A stretch of 64,000 nt of DNA from an uncultured Nitrososphaerota archaeon (GCA_963701075.1 OY969559.1:1851939-1915938); one strand, 5' to 3'. Positions 9,845 through 19,649 are shown, numbered from the stretch's first letter. The notes: a model not told the origin generated them from the letters alone. Made by a program: numbers and translations.

Positions 9845-10246
9845 ACTTGTTTCTCGATAATGATCACAGTTCCCCATTCTCAATGTTTCGATTTGCATAT
9901 TATTTCAAATCCATCTAACAGCCTACTCACATACGTATTTCTGCAATACAAAAAATTAATTTTCACAGGGTTTTGTTTCCTAATTTCTTATAATTTGGTT
10001 CCCTCGTAGACACTCATAACATGAATTATTTTCTTTAAATATTCATATCAGTTAAACGGCGTTTAACCAATATGAGCACAGAATGTTAAAATTACCAACG
10101 TTTTGTATTAATCTCATTCTTTTTCTGTTTTTACCCTTTTTCTCTTTTTGTTACATGTTATTTTATTATCTTGATGATAATACTGGATACATCTTGATCT
10201 AATGGGTTGCCTAACTCTTTCTATAAAATCGAGGGGTGTTATCATA

Positions 10247-10936
10247 TCATGATTGAGAAAAGTTGTCATAATCTGTAATTTTCTTATTGTTTTTAGAAGT
10301 TTTGTCTTCAGGTTCTACCTGCATTTCTGTTAAATCTATTGGATGTAACCTGTGTTCACCTCTTATTTGTGGACGGTTTTTCTTTATTTTCGGTATTTGT
10401 TCTGGCTTTAGAATTCGTTTTTCTCCATCAGGCATAACTACTCGTATTTTCATGCTTTCATGGTCAGCACAATCCAATATCTTTTGATTCAATGTGATTC
10501 TTGTCAGTTTACGTTTACTCGTTTTTGAATGAGAGGGATACGGCCCTTTTATGGAATGAAAAATGAGAGTTTTATCGTTCAAGTCAACATCAAGTTTCTC
10601 TCCATCTAACATTATTGTGTTATCGTCGTTTATCACGTATTCATTAGGATGTTGTTGTTCGTATTCGTTTATGACTATAGCTGTAATTCTAAAATTCTGT
10701 GGCTTTGATGAATATTCAATAAACCATTTTTTTGCTTCTTTTACAGTTACAAAACACATAGACCATATCCTTCGAATTGATATTTGATAAACATTATTTT
10801 CATAAATGCTGTACAATCTACGGGACATAACTTGAGTTTTTGGCCTTGTCAAAGTTGGGACATGATTAGTATGGTCTGTAAATCTGTTGGATTTGGAATA
10901 ACAATGATTTCCAAAACATAGCGTTTGGATCTCCAC
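10247..10936 (-). CDS. hypothetical protein (element; true start probably MSRRLY near 10828)
   Basis: 229-aa ORF whose 5' part overlaps the neighbouring gene. Confidence 0.6.
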   Translation of the reverse strand: MEIQTLCFGNHCYSKSNRFTDHTNHVPTLTRPKTQVMSRRLYSIYENNVYQISIRRIWSMCFVTVKEAKKWFIEYSSKPQNFRITAIVINEYEQQHPNEYVINDDNTIMLDGEKLDVDLNDKTLIFHSIKGPYPSHSKTSKRKLTRITLNQKILDCADHESMKIRVVMPDGEKRILKPEQIPKIKKNRPQIRGEHRLHPIDLTEMQVEPEDKTSKNNKKITDYDNFSQS

Positions 10937-11474
10937 CTGAAATGACTACTATGGTAGAGTTAGATATCCAATTCTGACGATCTAATACTTTAGAAATATC
11001 ATCATTAGAAATCCCCCTCAACTGATCAGCCAAACAATGCAATGCTGCTAATGCAGCAAAAGTATCCATAACTGTAGTATATGTTATTTTAAACTGTTTT
11101 TCCTTTAACTCATGTTTCAATTCATTATAGGCTTCCCACCATTCCAAGTCTCTTGTAAACGGTGTAAATTGTAATTTATGGAGAATTGAAACTATCTTAA
11201 AATTTGACAGCACTGTTTTCTCATTTATTTTTCTAATTAATGCCGGAATCCCACCATCGATAATGATATTGCATCTACTAGAGATTAGTCTTGTTACTGC
11301 CTCTATCTGTGCCCCACAAACCAACATCATGTTTAGTAATCTTGGTGAGTAAATTTCTCCTGTTCTTTGACGTTCATAAGGCACAACCTCATCAAAGTTT
11401 AACATTTGTTTTTCAAGATCATTGTGTAATTTTCCTAAATTCTCTAAATCTGCTTGGAACCATTCATCAACCAA
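10866..11474 (-). CDS. putative HEPN-like/Abi-like protein
   Basis: YSPRLLNMMLVCGAQIE helix and WWEAYNELKH motif. Confidence 0.5.
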   Translation of the reverse strand: MVDEWFQADLENLGKLHNDLEKQMLNFDEVVPYERQRTGEIYSPRLLNMMLVCGAQIEAVTRLISSRCNIIIDGGIPALIRKINEKTVLSNFKIVSILHKLQFTPFTRDLEWWEAYNELKHELKEKQFKITYTTVMDTFAALAALHCLADQLRGISNDDISKVLDRQNWISNSTIVVISGGDPNAMFWKSLLFQIQQIYRPY

Positions 11475-11528
11475 TTTGGTTATTTCTTGCTGAATTTTGT
11501 ATTAAGGGTATCCAATTGTTATCAACTT

Positions 11529-12403
11529 TCAAGAAGAATTCCTGAGGCTCCGAGTTTCAGCAACTATAGGATTCCACGTATCTATCCATTTACTCTTATG
11601 TTCATACATAGAAGGTAAAAAGTAATGTTTCTGAGATACATTACCTCTCCTACCTTGCATGAATTCAGCCAACAAAGGATCAACCTTACTGGCATTTATT
11701 GTAAAATTCAACTTTCGTAGATATCGTATTTCAAAGCCAAGTTTCTGCTTGTTGATTTTAGTATAGACAAGTCTGCTCATTTTGAAGTTTATTTTATCAT
11801 GTAATTTAGGATGACAGAAAACTGCATTTGCCTTCTTTGTTCCTCTATCCCAGAATAACTCCATTATTCCGTCATTGCAGATGTTTGAATGATTGTTAAA
11901 GGCATTTACTGCCTCTGTTGTTCTAAGACCACTTACTAATGTGAATAATCCAAATATCCTGTATCGTTCAGGTAGTTTGCCAATAGAGTCTAAAACTTGT
12001 TCTAACTTCATGTTATTTGCCATAAGATAGTTATTTACAGACGGCTTCCTAGACCATTTGAGTTCCTTTTTCTTTAGCCAATGTGTGAATTGTTCATGAA
12101 AATTACTATCGTTTTTTATGTCTAAGAACCGTGTAAGATTTGCTACTGACTTTAACACGTCTAGTTTCTTTCTAGTGTCATTCAATGATACAAGTTCATT
12201 AGAGAATCCCAAATGATGATATTTCTTGGAATAACTAAAAATGATACTTGCATATTTTTTGTTTTTGTTTGAGACAAGCCAGTTGTAGTAATCTTCCCAG
12301 TTTAGATCTCTTATACAAGTCCTAAATTGTTCTATTGTAGTATTAGATTTTGCCACACTGCAAAGCGAATCTATAGGGGTTCGAATCCCTTCCTCACCTT
12401 TTA
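11529..12403 (-). CDS. tyrosine integrase catalytic fragment Int(C)
   Basis: LVSGLRTTEA (R), RYLRK, FMQGR, QKHY (Y); begins in att. Confidence 0.9.
12358..12403 (+). repeat. att site, right copy (duplicated tRNA-Cys 3' half)
   Basis: identical to 4986-5031. Confidence 0.95.
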
Positions 12404-12457
12404 TGATATCATAATAACCTACTTTACTAAATACACCAAGTTCTACCAAATTCAGAT

Positions 12458-14212
12458 TTGGCCGATAGAAGTAATGGATTGCTAGAATACATACCAGGGG
12501 CAAGACCGCTTTTACAGCAGTCATCTAATGGACAACCGTTAGAGGGGTTTGCCCAGAACATACGGGATAGTGTAAGAGAGTACGCTGAAGATGCACAAAA
12601 TGAAGTTGAAAAAGGCCATAATTTTCTTCAATGGGTGCTTACAAGAGTATTTGAGGCAACAGAAGATGATGCAACCGATGCAATTATCGATGGACCAAAC
12701 GATCTGGGCATAGACGCATACCTGCCAGTTGACTTTTCTGAAGATAAGATCTATCTCTTTCAATCAAAATATGGAACTTCGCATTCCATGGAAGCCATTG
12801 CCAAGTTTAGACAAGACGTGCAAAGTTTACGCACTAGGGACATTACAAAGATGCGGCCCGAGATTGCACGTCTAGTAACACAGATCCAAGAAAAAAATCT
12901 GAAAATTGAGTGTGTTTATGTTACTGATCAAAAAGTTGATGAGGAAAATTACGAGTCTGTTGAGATACACGATATAGATACAATAATCCAAAAACTTTGG
13001 GATAGGATAAAAAAACCTGCAGTAGGAAAGAAGGCGGCAATAAGGCTAGAGAGCAAACTGAGGTATCAGAACACCCTCCTTGGAATCTTGAAGTTAAGAG
13101 AACTAACTAACTTTGTAACAAAAAATAAGGATTACGTCTTTGAATCAAACATAAGACAGTGGATGCAGTTTAAAACGACTGTAAATAAGGGCCTTCGCGA
13201 GACTTTACAAGAATCGCCTAACAAATTCTTTTACTACAATAATGGCATAACCATAGTTGTAAACGATTTTGAAGAACTTGAGGATAATTCAATACTTTTA
13301 CACGCACCACAGATAGTCAATGGGGCACAAACATCTAATTCAGTATTAGATCATGCAAAACGAACTCACAATTTGGATGGAAGCATCACTGTCACCATAA
13401 TCAAAGCAGCAGACGAATTGGACCAGAACAACATTACAAAGTACAGAAATTCACAGAACGCAGTAAGAGGAAAAGATCTGGTTTCTTTGATGGACTTTCA
13501 TAAATCTATAAAATCTCAGATGGAGAATTTCAGATATTTTTATGAAATACAAGCAGGTTCATTTGATAGTAAAGCAAAATCACAACAATCAGAATTCATT
13601 GGTGATCCCATATACAACAAGTATCTTCCAGATAATCACAAAAAAGTCATTGTTGCCAAAGATGCCATACAGGCATTTGTAGCAGGAATTGAGCAGAGAC
13701 CTACTGAATCATACAGCTCACCTGCACAGTTCTTACCAAGAGGAAGCAAGTATGACGAAGTATTCAATGAAAAACTAAAAGATGACTGTAGGCTATTGTT
13801 GTATCCTTATCTCGTAAAAGAATATGCAAAAAAGACGTTAAATTATGGAAAGAAGGGAGGCCACAAAACAAAAAGATATGCGACCCTCTTTTTTGTTGCA
13901 GTTTACTTTAAAATTCTTCATGAGAAAATAATACTTACCAAAGGCGACTTTAAAGAAGATATTGCAAAACTAGAGCCAATTTTCAAGAGTGTCAAGCTAA
14001 ACCAGAGAATTTTAAAACTTACAGACACCGTCGCGACAAAATTTCTAGAAGATACTGTTGTTGACGATGAGATGACGGCTGCAAATACATACCATAACTT
14101 CTTCTCACATCATGTATGGCTGGATTCCATGATACGTGTTATTGAGAAGAAGATAAAGCAAGAAGAAGACGAGATTGCCAGTATACGAAAAATAGTGCAA
14201 GATCTTTTCTAA
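12458..14212 (+). CDS. AIPR family protein (abortive infection phage resistance)
   Basis: DGPNDLGIDA, FQSKY, FESNIR, FFYYNNGITIV, PQIVNGAQT, RNSQN. Confidence 0.9.
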   Translation: MADRSNGLLEYIPGARPLLQQSSNGQPLEGFAQNIRDSVREYAEDAQNEVEKGHNFLQWVLTRVFEATEDDATDAIIDGPNDLGIDAYLPVDFSEDKIYLFQSKYGTSHSMEAIAKFRQDVQSLRTRDITKMRPEIARLVTQIQEKNLKIECVYVTDQKVDEENYESVEIHDIDTIIQKLWDRIKKPAVGKKAAIRLESKLRYQNTLLGILKLRELTNFVTKNKDYVFESNIRQWMQFKTTVNKGLRETLQESPNKFFYYNNGITIVVNDFEELEDNSILLHAPQIVNGAQTSNSVLDHAKRTHNLDGSITVTIIKAADELDQNNITKYRNSQNAVRGKDLVSLMDFHKSIKSQMENFRYFYEIQAGSFDSKAKSQQSEFIGDPIYNKYLPDNHKKVIVAKDAIQAFVAGIEQRPTESYSSPAQFLPRGSKYDEVFNEKLKDDCRLLLYPYLVKEYAKKTLNYGKKGGHKTKRYATLFFVAVYFKILHEKIILTKGDFKEDIAKLEPIFKSVKLNQRILKLTDTVATKFLEDTVVDDEMTAANTYHNFFSHHVWLDSMIRVIEKKIKQEEDEIASIRKIVQDLF

Positions 14213-14302
14213 AATTTTTATGAAAAGTAGCGGCAGATGGGTGACCGATAGGTCTCTTGCAGGAGGTCCACATTAGCCATCCGTCTACCGCTGTTTTACC
14301 GT

Positions 14303-14524
14303 ATGAAATTGGTAGTATTTAACATCATTTTTATAACGAAAAAAATGAATTTTAATAACTTGGAAGAAACAAAAAAATGCGCTTTATGCAATAGTTCTTT
14401 GGATCATGAATATCATCCCATGGATACATGGGACGTCAAGGGGTTTTTGTGTAGCAAGTGCTATTCTAAAAAACTCGGTGAGCATTATCCAGGCACTCAT
14501 GAAAGAGTTAACAAGTCAAACTAA
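14303..14524 (+). CDS. small Zn-finger protein
   Basis: CALC...LCSKCY. Confidence 0.7.
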   Translation: MKLVVFNIIFITKKMNFNNLEETKKCALCNSSLDHEYHPMDTWDVKGFLCSKCYSKKLGEHYPGTHERVNKSN

Positions 14525-15073
14525 AAACCAACCAGTCTTTATCTGAGATTTATCTGACGCATTCCCTATTCCAGTTGCATATCTCCATACGTATCTAGCC
14601 CTAGTTTCCATCTTGTTCTTTATTTGGGCAAGCGATTCAAGTTCAGACTGAATATTTCCAGTTGTACTGGAACAGCTTTCACAAAATTTGCATTTTGGAT
14701 CTAGGGTTGGAGGCTGGGATTCCATCAATGGGTATGCCCTACAGGCAAGCGGCCTATCTTGGTATATTTTGCATTTGTATCCACCATGGGGCGATCTGTC
14801 GTTGCTTTCAGTGTCAAGAAAAGGGCATGTGTTTCCATCAAGTTCCTTTCCCATTAGTTGATATGCAAGAACTTCATCTGGCTTGTCATTTTTTTCTGAA
14901 ACACCTATTCTGGGAAGAATTTCTGCTGTAATAGAGTGCTTTTTTGCCAAAAATTCTATTTTTTGTTTCTCATCAGGTAAGATGAGCACTCCTATTTTGC
15001 CAAATTGCACAGATGGATAGTATTCTCTTTCTATACAACATTTAGAACATCCTTCTACACATGAAAAGTCCAA
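14516..15073 (-). CDS. YkgJ-family cysteine cluster (CxxCxxCC) protein
   Basis: CVEGCSKCC, CPFL, CKIYQDRPLACRAYP. Confidence 0.88.
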   Translation of the reverse strand: MDFSCVEGCSKCCIEREYYPSVQFGKIGVLILPDEKQKIEFLAKKHSITAEILPRIGVSEKNDKPDEVLAYQLMGKELDGNTCPFLDTESNDRSPHGGYKCKIYQDRPLACRAYPLMESQPPTLDPKCKFCESCSSTTGNIQSELESLAQIKNKMETRARYVWRYATGIGNASDKSQIKTGWFLV

Positions 15074-15192
15074 TACAGTCTAGATGTTGAAAAGGGATAA
15101 AACCTATTTCATGACAGAATTATTTTGGACCAACAGGTATTTCGAAAGGAAGCGTAATACCCTTATATCACCTCACCTTATAAGTACCGAAC

Positions 15193-15474
15193 ATGGTAGC
15201 GTATAGATCTAGTATGCAGATAGTGCGAGATCTGCTTTCTGTCACAGAAGAAAGTGGCGTAGGCGGCATCAATGTAACAGCACTTCTAACAAAGGCTAAC
15301 TTATCACATTCAAGACTCTCCAAGTTTATCGATAACCTAACTGGAGCAGGTCTAATAAACAAGATAGAGTTTGATGGCAAGAACACGTTTGTCATAACCT
15401 CAAAGGGCAAGCAATACCTAGAAACCTACGTACAGTTCCAAAGCTTGGCTGATTCTTTCGGCCTAGAACTCTAA
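15193..15474 (+). CDS. winged helix-turn-helix transcriptional regulator
   Basis: paralog of 974-1264 (KANLSHSRL...ITSKGKQYL...ADSFGL). Confidence 0.85.
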   Translation: MVAYRSSMQIVRDLLSVTEESGVGGINVTALLTKANLSHSRLSKFIDNLTGAGLINKIEFDGKNTFVITSKGKQYLETYVQFQSLADSFGLEL

Positions 15475-15897
15475 GTAGCCTTACTAAATTTTTAATTTTA
15501 AAAATCCCCAGTTTTGAAATTATTTGTAATTTTTAAGATAGTCATTTCAGGTCTTTGGCATAATTTCGAAAGTATCACGTTATAGAACATATCACTTACA
15601 AAAAGAAAAAGATGCAATGGATCTTTTTTCTAAAGTTTTTGACAAATTTTTTAGATCAGAATTAGATCTGTAGGTCAGGTATAAGACAATCGACAGATCT
15701 ATAAAGGCGTAGACTGGCTTATGTTTGGGGAGTATAGACGTGACAGAAGTAATAATATGGTGGAAAGGACTTGCAAAGGAACTAGAGTTAGACATAGAAA
15801 CTCTCAGTGACGGACAAGAAAGAAAGAAACAATTTTGAATTTTTTGCCAGTTCTGTACTGTAATAGGTATTTAGTTTTTTGAAAATTTAATTTTATG

Positions 15898-15971
15898 AGC
15901 CTCGAGTGGGATTCGATCCCACGGCCTAACGCTTACGAGGCGTTCGCTCTACCAGGCTGAGCTATCGAGGC
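15898..15971 (-). tRNA. tRNA-Thr(CGT)
   Basis: acceptor GCCTCGA/TCGAGGC; anticodon arm AACGC-CTCGTAA-GCGTT. Confidence 0.93.
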
Positions 15972-16024
15972 ATTGGTTCGCAATGCCATCAGAGTTTATA
16001 AAAAGCCTTTGTGCTTTGGATTCA

Positions 16025-17338
16025 TTGAAGGTAACAATTTCCGGAGTACGCGGAATTTTTGCTGATGATCTTAATATCAAAGACATAATACATTTTTGTC
16101 GGAATTTTTCACATCTCATAAAATCAAAAAGATGCGTTCTGGCACGTGATACCAGACCGTCAAGTGAAATTCTTTCTCATGTTGCGTCTGCTTCGCTCAT
16201 GGAAAGAGGCATTTCAGTATACAATTTAGGGGTGGCACCCACCCCAGTTGCGTTCAGAGAGTCAAGAAAGTATGGAAGTGGACTGATAGTAACATCTTCC
16301 CACAACCCCCTAGAATGGAATGGGCTAAAATTCATCATAGACGGCAGAGGGATTAATGAATCAGAATTAGAACGCATGCTAAAAGAAAAATCACAATCAA
16401 AAGAAAAAATAGGTTCGGAATCAGAAATCGATTCTAGCTATGTCAAAGAAGCTGCAAAATTAATTGGCAAAGTGAGCGGTAAACCAAATGTTGTAGTTGA
16501 CGTAGGAGGCGGAGCAGCCTTTGAAGTAGCTCCATTACTTTTAGGCAAACTTGGATGTAAAGTAAAAAAAATAAATCACATTCCAGGCAAGTCCTCGCGT
16601 GGGCCTGACCCAACTTCTGACAGATTATCAGACCTGATAAAATTATCTAAAAAGGCAGATATCGGATTTGCGTTTGATTTGGATGGAGACAGACTTGTAG
16701 TAGTAAAAGATGGCAAGAAACAAACACCGGATGTAACTCTAGGACTAGGAGTTGCCAAAGCGCTTGAAATTGGATACAAAAAGTTTGTTTTAAGCATAGA
16801 CACAAGTGTTGCAATTGAGAAATTTATCAATAATGAAGGAGGTCAAGTTAAGAGATCCAAAGTTGGAGAAGCTAATGTCGTAGATTTAATGTTAAAGACA
16901 AACTCTCAAGCAGGCGGAGAAGGCAGTAGTGCTGGTTTTATCTTGCCTGAGTTTAACATGTGTAGAGACGGATTGCTCACAAGTGGCCTGATTGCGTCAA
17001 TGGTTGGGACTGATGAATTTTCAGACATTTCCAAATTCATGGAAGGATATTTTCAAAGAAGAATCAAGGTAAATGTAGACTCGAAATTTCACAAAAAAAC
17101 AATGGAGATACTAACCAAAAAGATGAAAGGAAAATTCAGCCACATAATAACAATGGATGGAGTCAAGGCAATCATAGATGAAGACAATTGGGTTCTGGTA
17201 CGACAATCAAATACAGAACACAGCATAAGAATTTCTACTGAATCAAACAATTTGAAAAAGGCAAAATCTATAGAAAAAGAGGTTACTAATCTAGTCAGTA
17301 AAAGCTATGAAGAATCCAGACGAAATAGAAATCATTAG
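16025..17338 (+). CDS. phosphoglucomutase/phosphomannomutase family protein
   Basis: SGVRG, RDTR, TSSHNP, FDLDGDR, GGEGS, RQSNTE. Confidence 0.92.
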   Translation: MKVTISGVRGIFADDLNIKDIIHFCRNFSHLIKSKRCVLARDTRPSSEILSHVASASLMERGISVYNLGVAPTPVAFRESRKYGSGLIVTSSHNPLEWNGLKFIIDGRGINESELERMLKEKSQSKEKIGSESEIDSSYVKEAAKLIGKVSGKPNVVVDVGGGAAFEVAPLLLGKLGCKVKKINHIPGKSSRGPDPTSDRLSDLIKLSKKADIGFAFDLDGDRLVVVKDGKKQTPDVTLGLGVAKALEIGYKKFVLSIDTSVAIEKFINNEGGQVKRSKVGEANVVDLMLKTNSQAGGEGSSAGFILPEFNMCRDGLLTSGLIASMVGTDEFSDISKFMEGYFQRRIKVNVDSKFHKKTMEILTKKMKGKFSHIITMDGVKAIIDEDNWVLVRQSNTEHSIRISTESNNLKKAKSIEKEVTNLVSKSYEESRRNRNH

Positions 17339-18266
17339 AATATTTCAGCACAGATTTGGGCAAAAATCAAGTTTTGTCCCAGAAGACTTGGAGCTCCTAG
17401 CAATGGCCAATAGAAATTTTGTCGTAAAGTCAGACATGCTAGTTCAAAGTACAGATGTCCCAACTGGCATGAAATTGTACCAAGTGGCAAGAAAGAGCAT
17501 TGTTTCATGTGTGAGTGATTTTGCCTGTAAGGGAGTCAAGCCAAGATATGCCACTATTTCACTTGCTATTCCTCAAGGATTTACTAGAAAAATGATAAAT
17601 GAACTGGCAGATGGTTTTGCCATGGCCTCAAAAGAATTTGATGTAAAGATAATTGGCGGAGACATAAATCAAGGAAAAGAAATTGTCATCGATGTATCCA
17701 TGTTTGGGGTTAGTACAAGTAAAATAATACCAAGAGGAGGGGCAAAAAATGGTGATGCGATAATTACGTCTGGGCCATTTGGATACTCTTCATCAGGATG
17801 GAAGATCATATTTGGAAACCTCAAAGCAGAACCAAAATTTGTTAAAAAATGCAAAAAAAGTGTCTTTTTGCCCACACCTAGACTAGAGTTTGGATTAAGG
17901 GCAGCAAGATATTTTTCTTCTTCCATGGATTCAAGCGATGGCCTATCTATCACTCTAAATGACATGAGCAGGTTGAGCAAAAAGAGATTTGTCATAACTA
18001 CAATTCCAACTGGAAAGGATGTAGAAGCGTTTGCAGAAAAGAAGAGAGTGAGTCTGACAAATCTTGTCTTTTGCGGAGGCGAAGAGTATGAAATAGTTGC
18101 TACAGTTCCTGCAAAGAAGATACATGCAGTAAAGAGGCTTGCAAAGATGCTTGGCGTACCTCTTTTTGAAATAGGTCATGTCGCCAACGGCAAAAATGTA
18201 TCTCTCAGAGATGGAAAACGGGAAACACCTCTCAAACGATGTGGATGGGTTCACCTCAGATCCTAA
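17307..18266 (+). CDS. thiL: thiamine-monophosphate kinase
   Basis: SDMLV, VSDFACKG, IIGGD, MDSSDGL, GGEEYE. Confidence 0.93.
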   Translation: MKNPDEIEIIRIFQHRFGQKSSFVPEDLELLAMANRNFVVKSDMLVQSTDVPTGMKLYQVARKSIVSCVSDFACKGVKPRYATISLAIPQGFTRKMINELADGFAMASKEFDVKIIGGDINQGKEIVIDVSMFGVSTSKIIPRGGAKNGDAIITSGPFGYSSSGWKIIFGNLKAEPKFVKKCKKSVFLPTPRLEFGLRAARYFSSSMDSSDGLSITLNDMSRLSKKRFVITTIPTGKDVEAFAEKKRVSLTNLVFCGGEEYEIVATVPAKKIHAVKRLAKMLGVPLFEIGHVANGKNVSLRDGKRETPLKRCGWVHLRS

Positions 18267-18304
18267 TGTTTTAGCCAACTGCAAAACAGGGGTCTAAATC
18301 CAAC
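18263..18304 (+). repeat. ~43-bp imperfect direct repeat, copy 1
   Basis: CTAATGTT..TTAGCCAACTGCAAAACAGGGGTCTAAATCCAAC matches 19201-19244. Confidence 0.85.
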
Positions 18305-18416
18305 ACTACTTAACATTTGCTCATATCACAAAATTAGGTCTTTTGTCAATTAGTAGAGTCGTGCGATGTAAGGATTGGTTGTTATTCTTTAAGTAAGAGC
18401 TTGGCCAATCTTCATC

Positions 18417-19013
18417 ATGAAAAAATTTGGGAACATGTTTGGTTCAAAGAAAGATACGCTTGAAGAGAGCGAGAAGGTAATAGGTAAAAAAGATAGAATA
18501 GAAAGAAAAGATCTTGCAGGGAATAAGAAAACCGCTGTGGGAGTTTTGGAAGAGTTGGCTAGTGATAAGGATTGGGAGGTAAGAAGAGAAGTCGCTCGCA
18601 ATGAGGCCACACCGTCAGAAGTTTTGGAAAAGCTGGCCAGTGATAAGAAAGAGGAGGTAAGAAGAGAAGTCGCACATAACAAGAAAACTTCTGCTGAAAC
18701 TTTGAAAGAGTTGGCTAGTGATGATGATTGGGAGGTAAGATATGGCGTGGCAAGGAATCACAATACCCACGTAGCGGTTGTGGAGAAGATGCGCACAGAT
18801 AAGGAATGGAGGGTAAGAGAATGCGTGGCTTGGAATGAGAAAACCTCTGTGGGAGTTTTGGAAGAGTTGGCTTTGGATCGTCGGGAGGTAAGATATGCGG
18901 TTTTAATGAACAAGAAGACGCCTATTGATCTTGTGAAGCGTATAAAACTTGAGAATGAACGGGAAGACGCAGAGAGAAAGAAAACTGAGACTCAAAAGAG
19001 CAGATATAGTTGA
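18417..19013 (+). CDS. HEAT/leucine-rich-variant repeat protein
   Basis: about five 26-aa repeats, T...LEELASD.DWEVR..VA.N. Confidence 0.85.
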   Translation: MKKFGNMFGSKKDTLEESEKVIGKKDRIERKDLAGNKKTAVGVLEELASDKDWEVRREVARNEATPSEVLEKLASDKKEEVRREVAHNKKTSAETLKELASDDDWEVRYGVARNHNTHVAVVEKMRTDKEWRVRECVAWNEKTSVGVLEELALDRREVRYAVLMNKKTPIDLVKRIKLENEREDAERKKTETQKSRYS

Positions 19014-19200
19014 GATGAAGACATCCTTGCTGATGCAGGATTACTCTGCTAATGTAACTGCTAATGTAATGGCTGAGTTGTAGTTGACATAATACGGAAG
19101 AATTTCCAAAAACCGACCCTATCTTTTCCATCTCTTATTCCCATCCGATGGTTTTTTGTCAATTAGCGTAAACGAAATCAAAACCGCATATCTCAAAATA

Positions 19201-19244
19201 CTAATGTTTTTTAGTCAACTGCAATACGGTGGTCTAAATCCAAC
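19201..19244 (+). repeat. ~43-bp imperfect direct repeat, copy 2
   Basis: matches 18263-18304. Confidence 0.85.
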
Positions 19245-19306
19245 CCTTCAACCTTTAATTTTCTACCTTATCACAAATCAACCACTCTAACATTATCTTA
19301 GACCTC

Positions 19307-19345
19307 GAAACCCCTGGTGTCTGCGAAGCAGATGGGGATGAATTG
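19307..19345. mobile_element. IS200/IS605-like terminal hairpin remnant
   Basis: GAAACCCC-TGG-TGTCTGC-GAA-GCAGATG-GGGATG resembles IS605 end palindromes; no transposase nearby. Confidence 0.4.
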
Positions 19346-19434
19346 AGACTGAGCGTCTTCAATAGTCAAACATAGTTACAATAGTTACACATAGTTTTAA
19401 TTATTCTACTATGCTATAACATAGTGAAGATAAC

Positions 19435-19584
19435 ATGCAACGAGCCACAAAGAAACCCAAACAAGAAGTAGACGATCTCACGCCAGAAGAGATAGCAGAC
19501 ATCAAAGAATATGAATCCGATAAAGCCAAAGGCAAGATAAAACGAAGCACTTTAGAAGAACTGCTCAAAGAACTACACGAATAA
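19435..19584 (+). CDS. putative antitoxin, 49 aa
   Basis: DDLTPEEIADIKE...KGK...TLEELLKEL pattern directly upstream of a RelE-type toxin; missed by the ORF track. Confidence 0.7.
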   Translation: MQRATKKPKQEVDDLTPEEIADIKEYESDKAKGKIKRSTLEELLKELHE

Positions 19585-19649
19585 GTTGTGAGCATTGCCT
19601 GTATCATCACAGCGTCTCATAAATAAGACCAGAATAAAGAATTACATAA

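Larger units (their letters stand above)
4986..12403. mobile_element. ~7.4-kb element integrated in tRNA-Cys, with split tyrosine integrase
   Basis: 46-bp perfect direct repeat at both ends; integrase N and C fragments at the borders; AT-rich cargo all on the minus strand. Confidence 0.93.

Noticed and set aside
12404-12524. N-terminal 40 aa of ORF 11529-12524 as the true integrase start
   Set aside because: It lies outside att in host sequence overlapping AIPR; the real N-terminus is the 5236 fragment
12458-14212. AIPR as part of the integrated element
   Set aside because: It is outside the right att copy and on the opposite strand to all cargo
15592-15838. Possible gene between the wHTH gene and tRNA-Thr
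   Set aside because: Plus-strand coding-like text is interrupted by stops and the minus ORF is featureless; at most a remnant
18922-19131. 69-aa minus ORF with a 12-bp tandem repeat
   Set aside because: Overlaps the HEAT gene end with no recognisable motif; likely spurious or decayed
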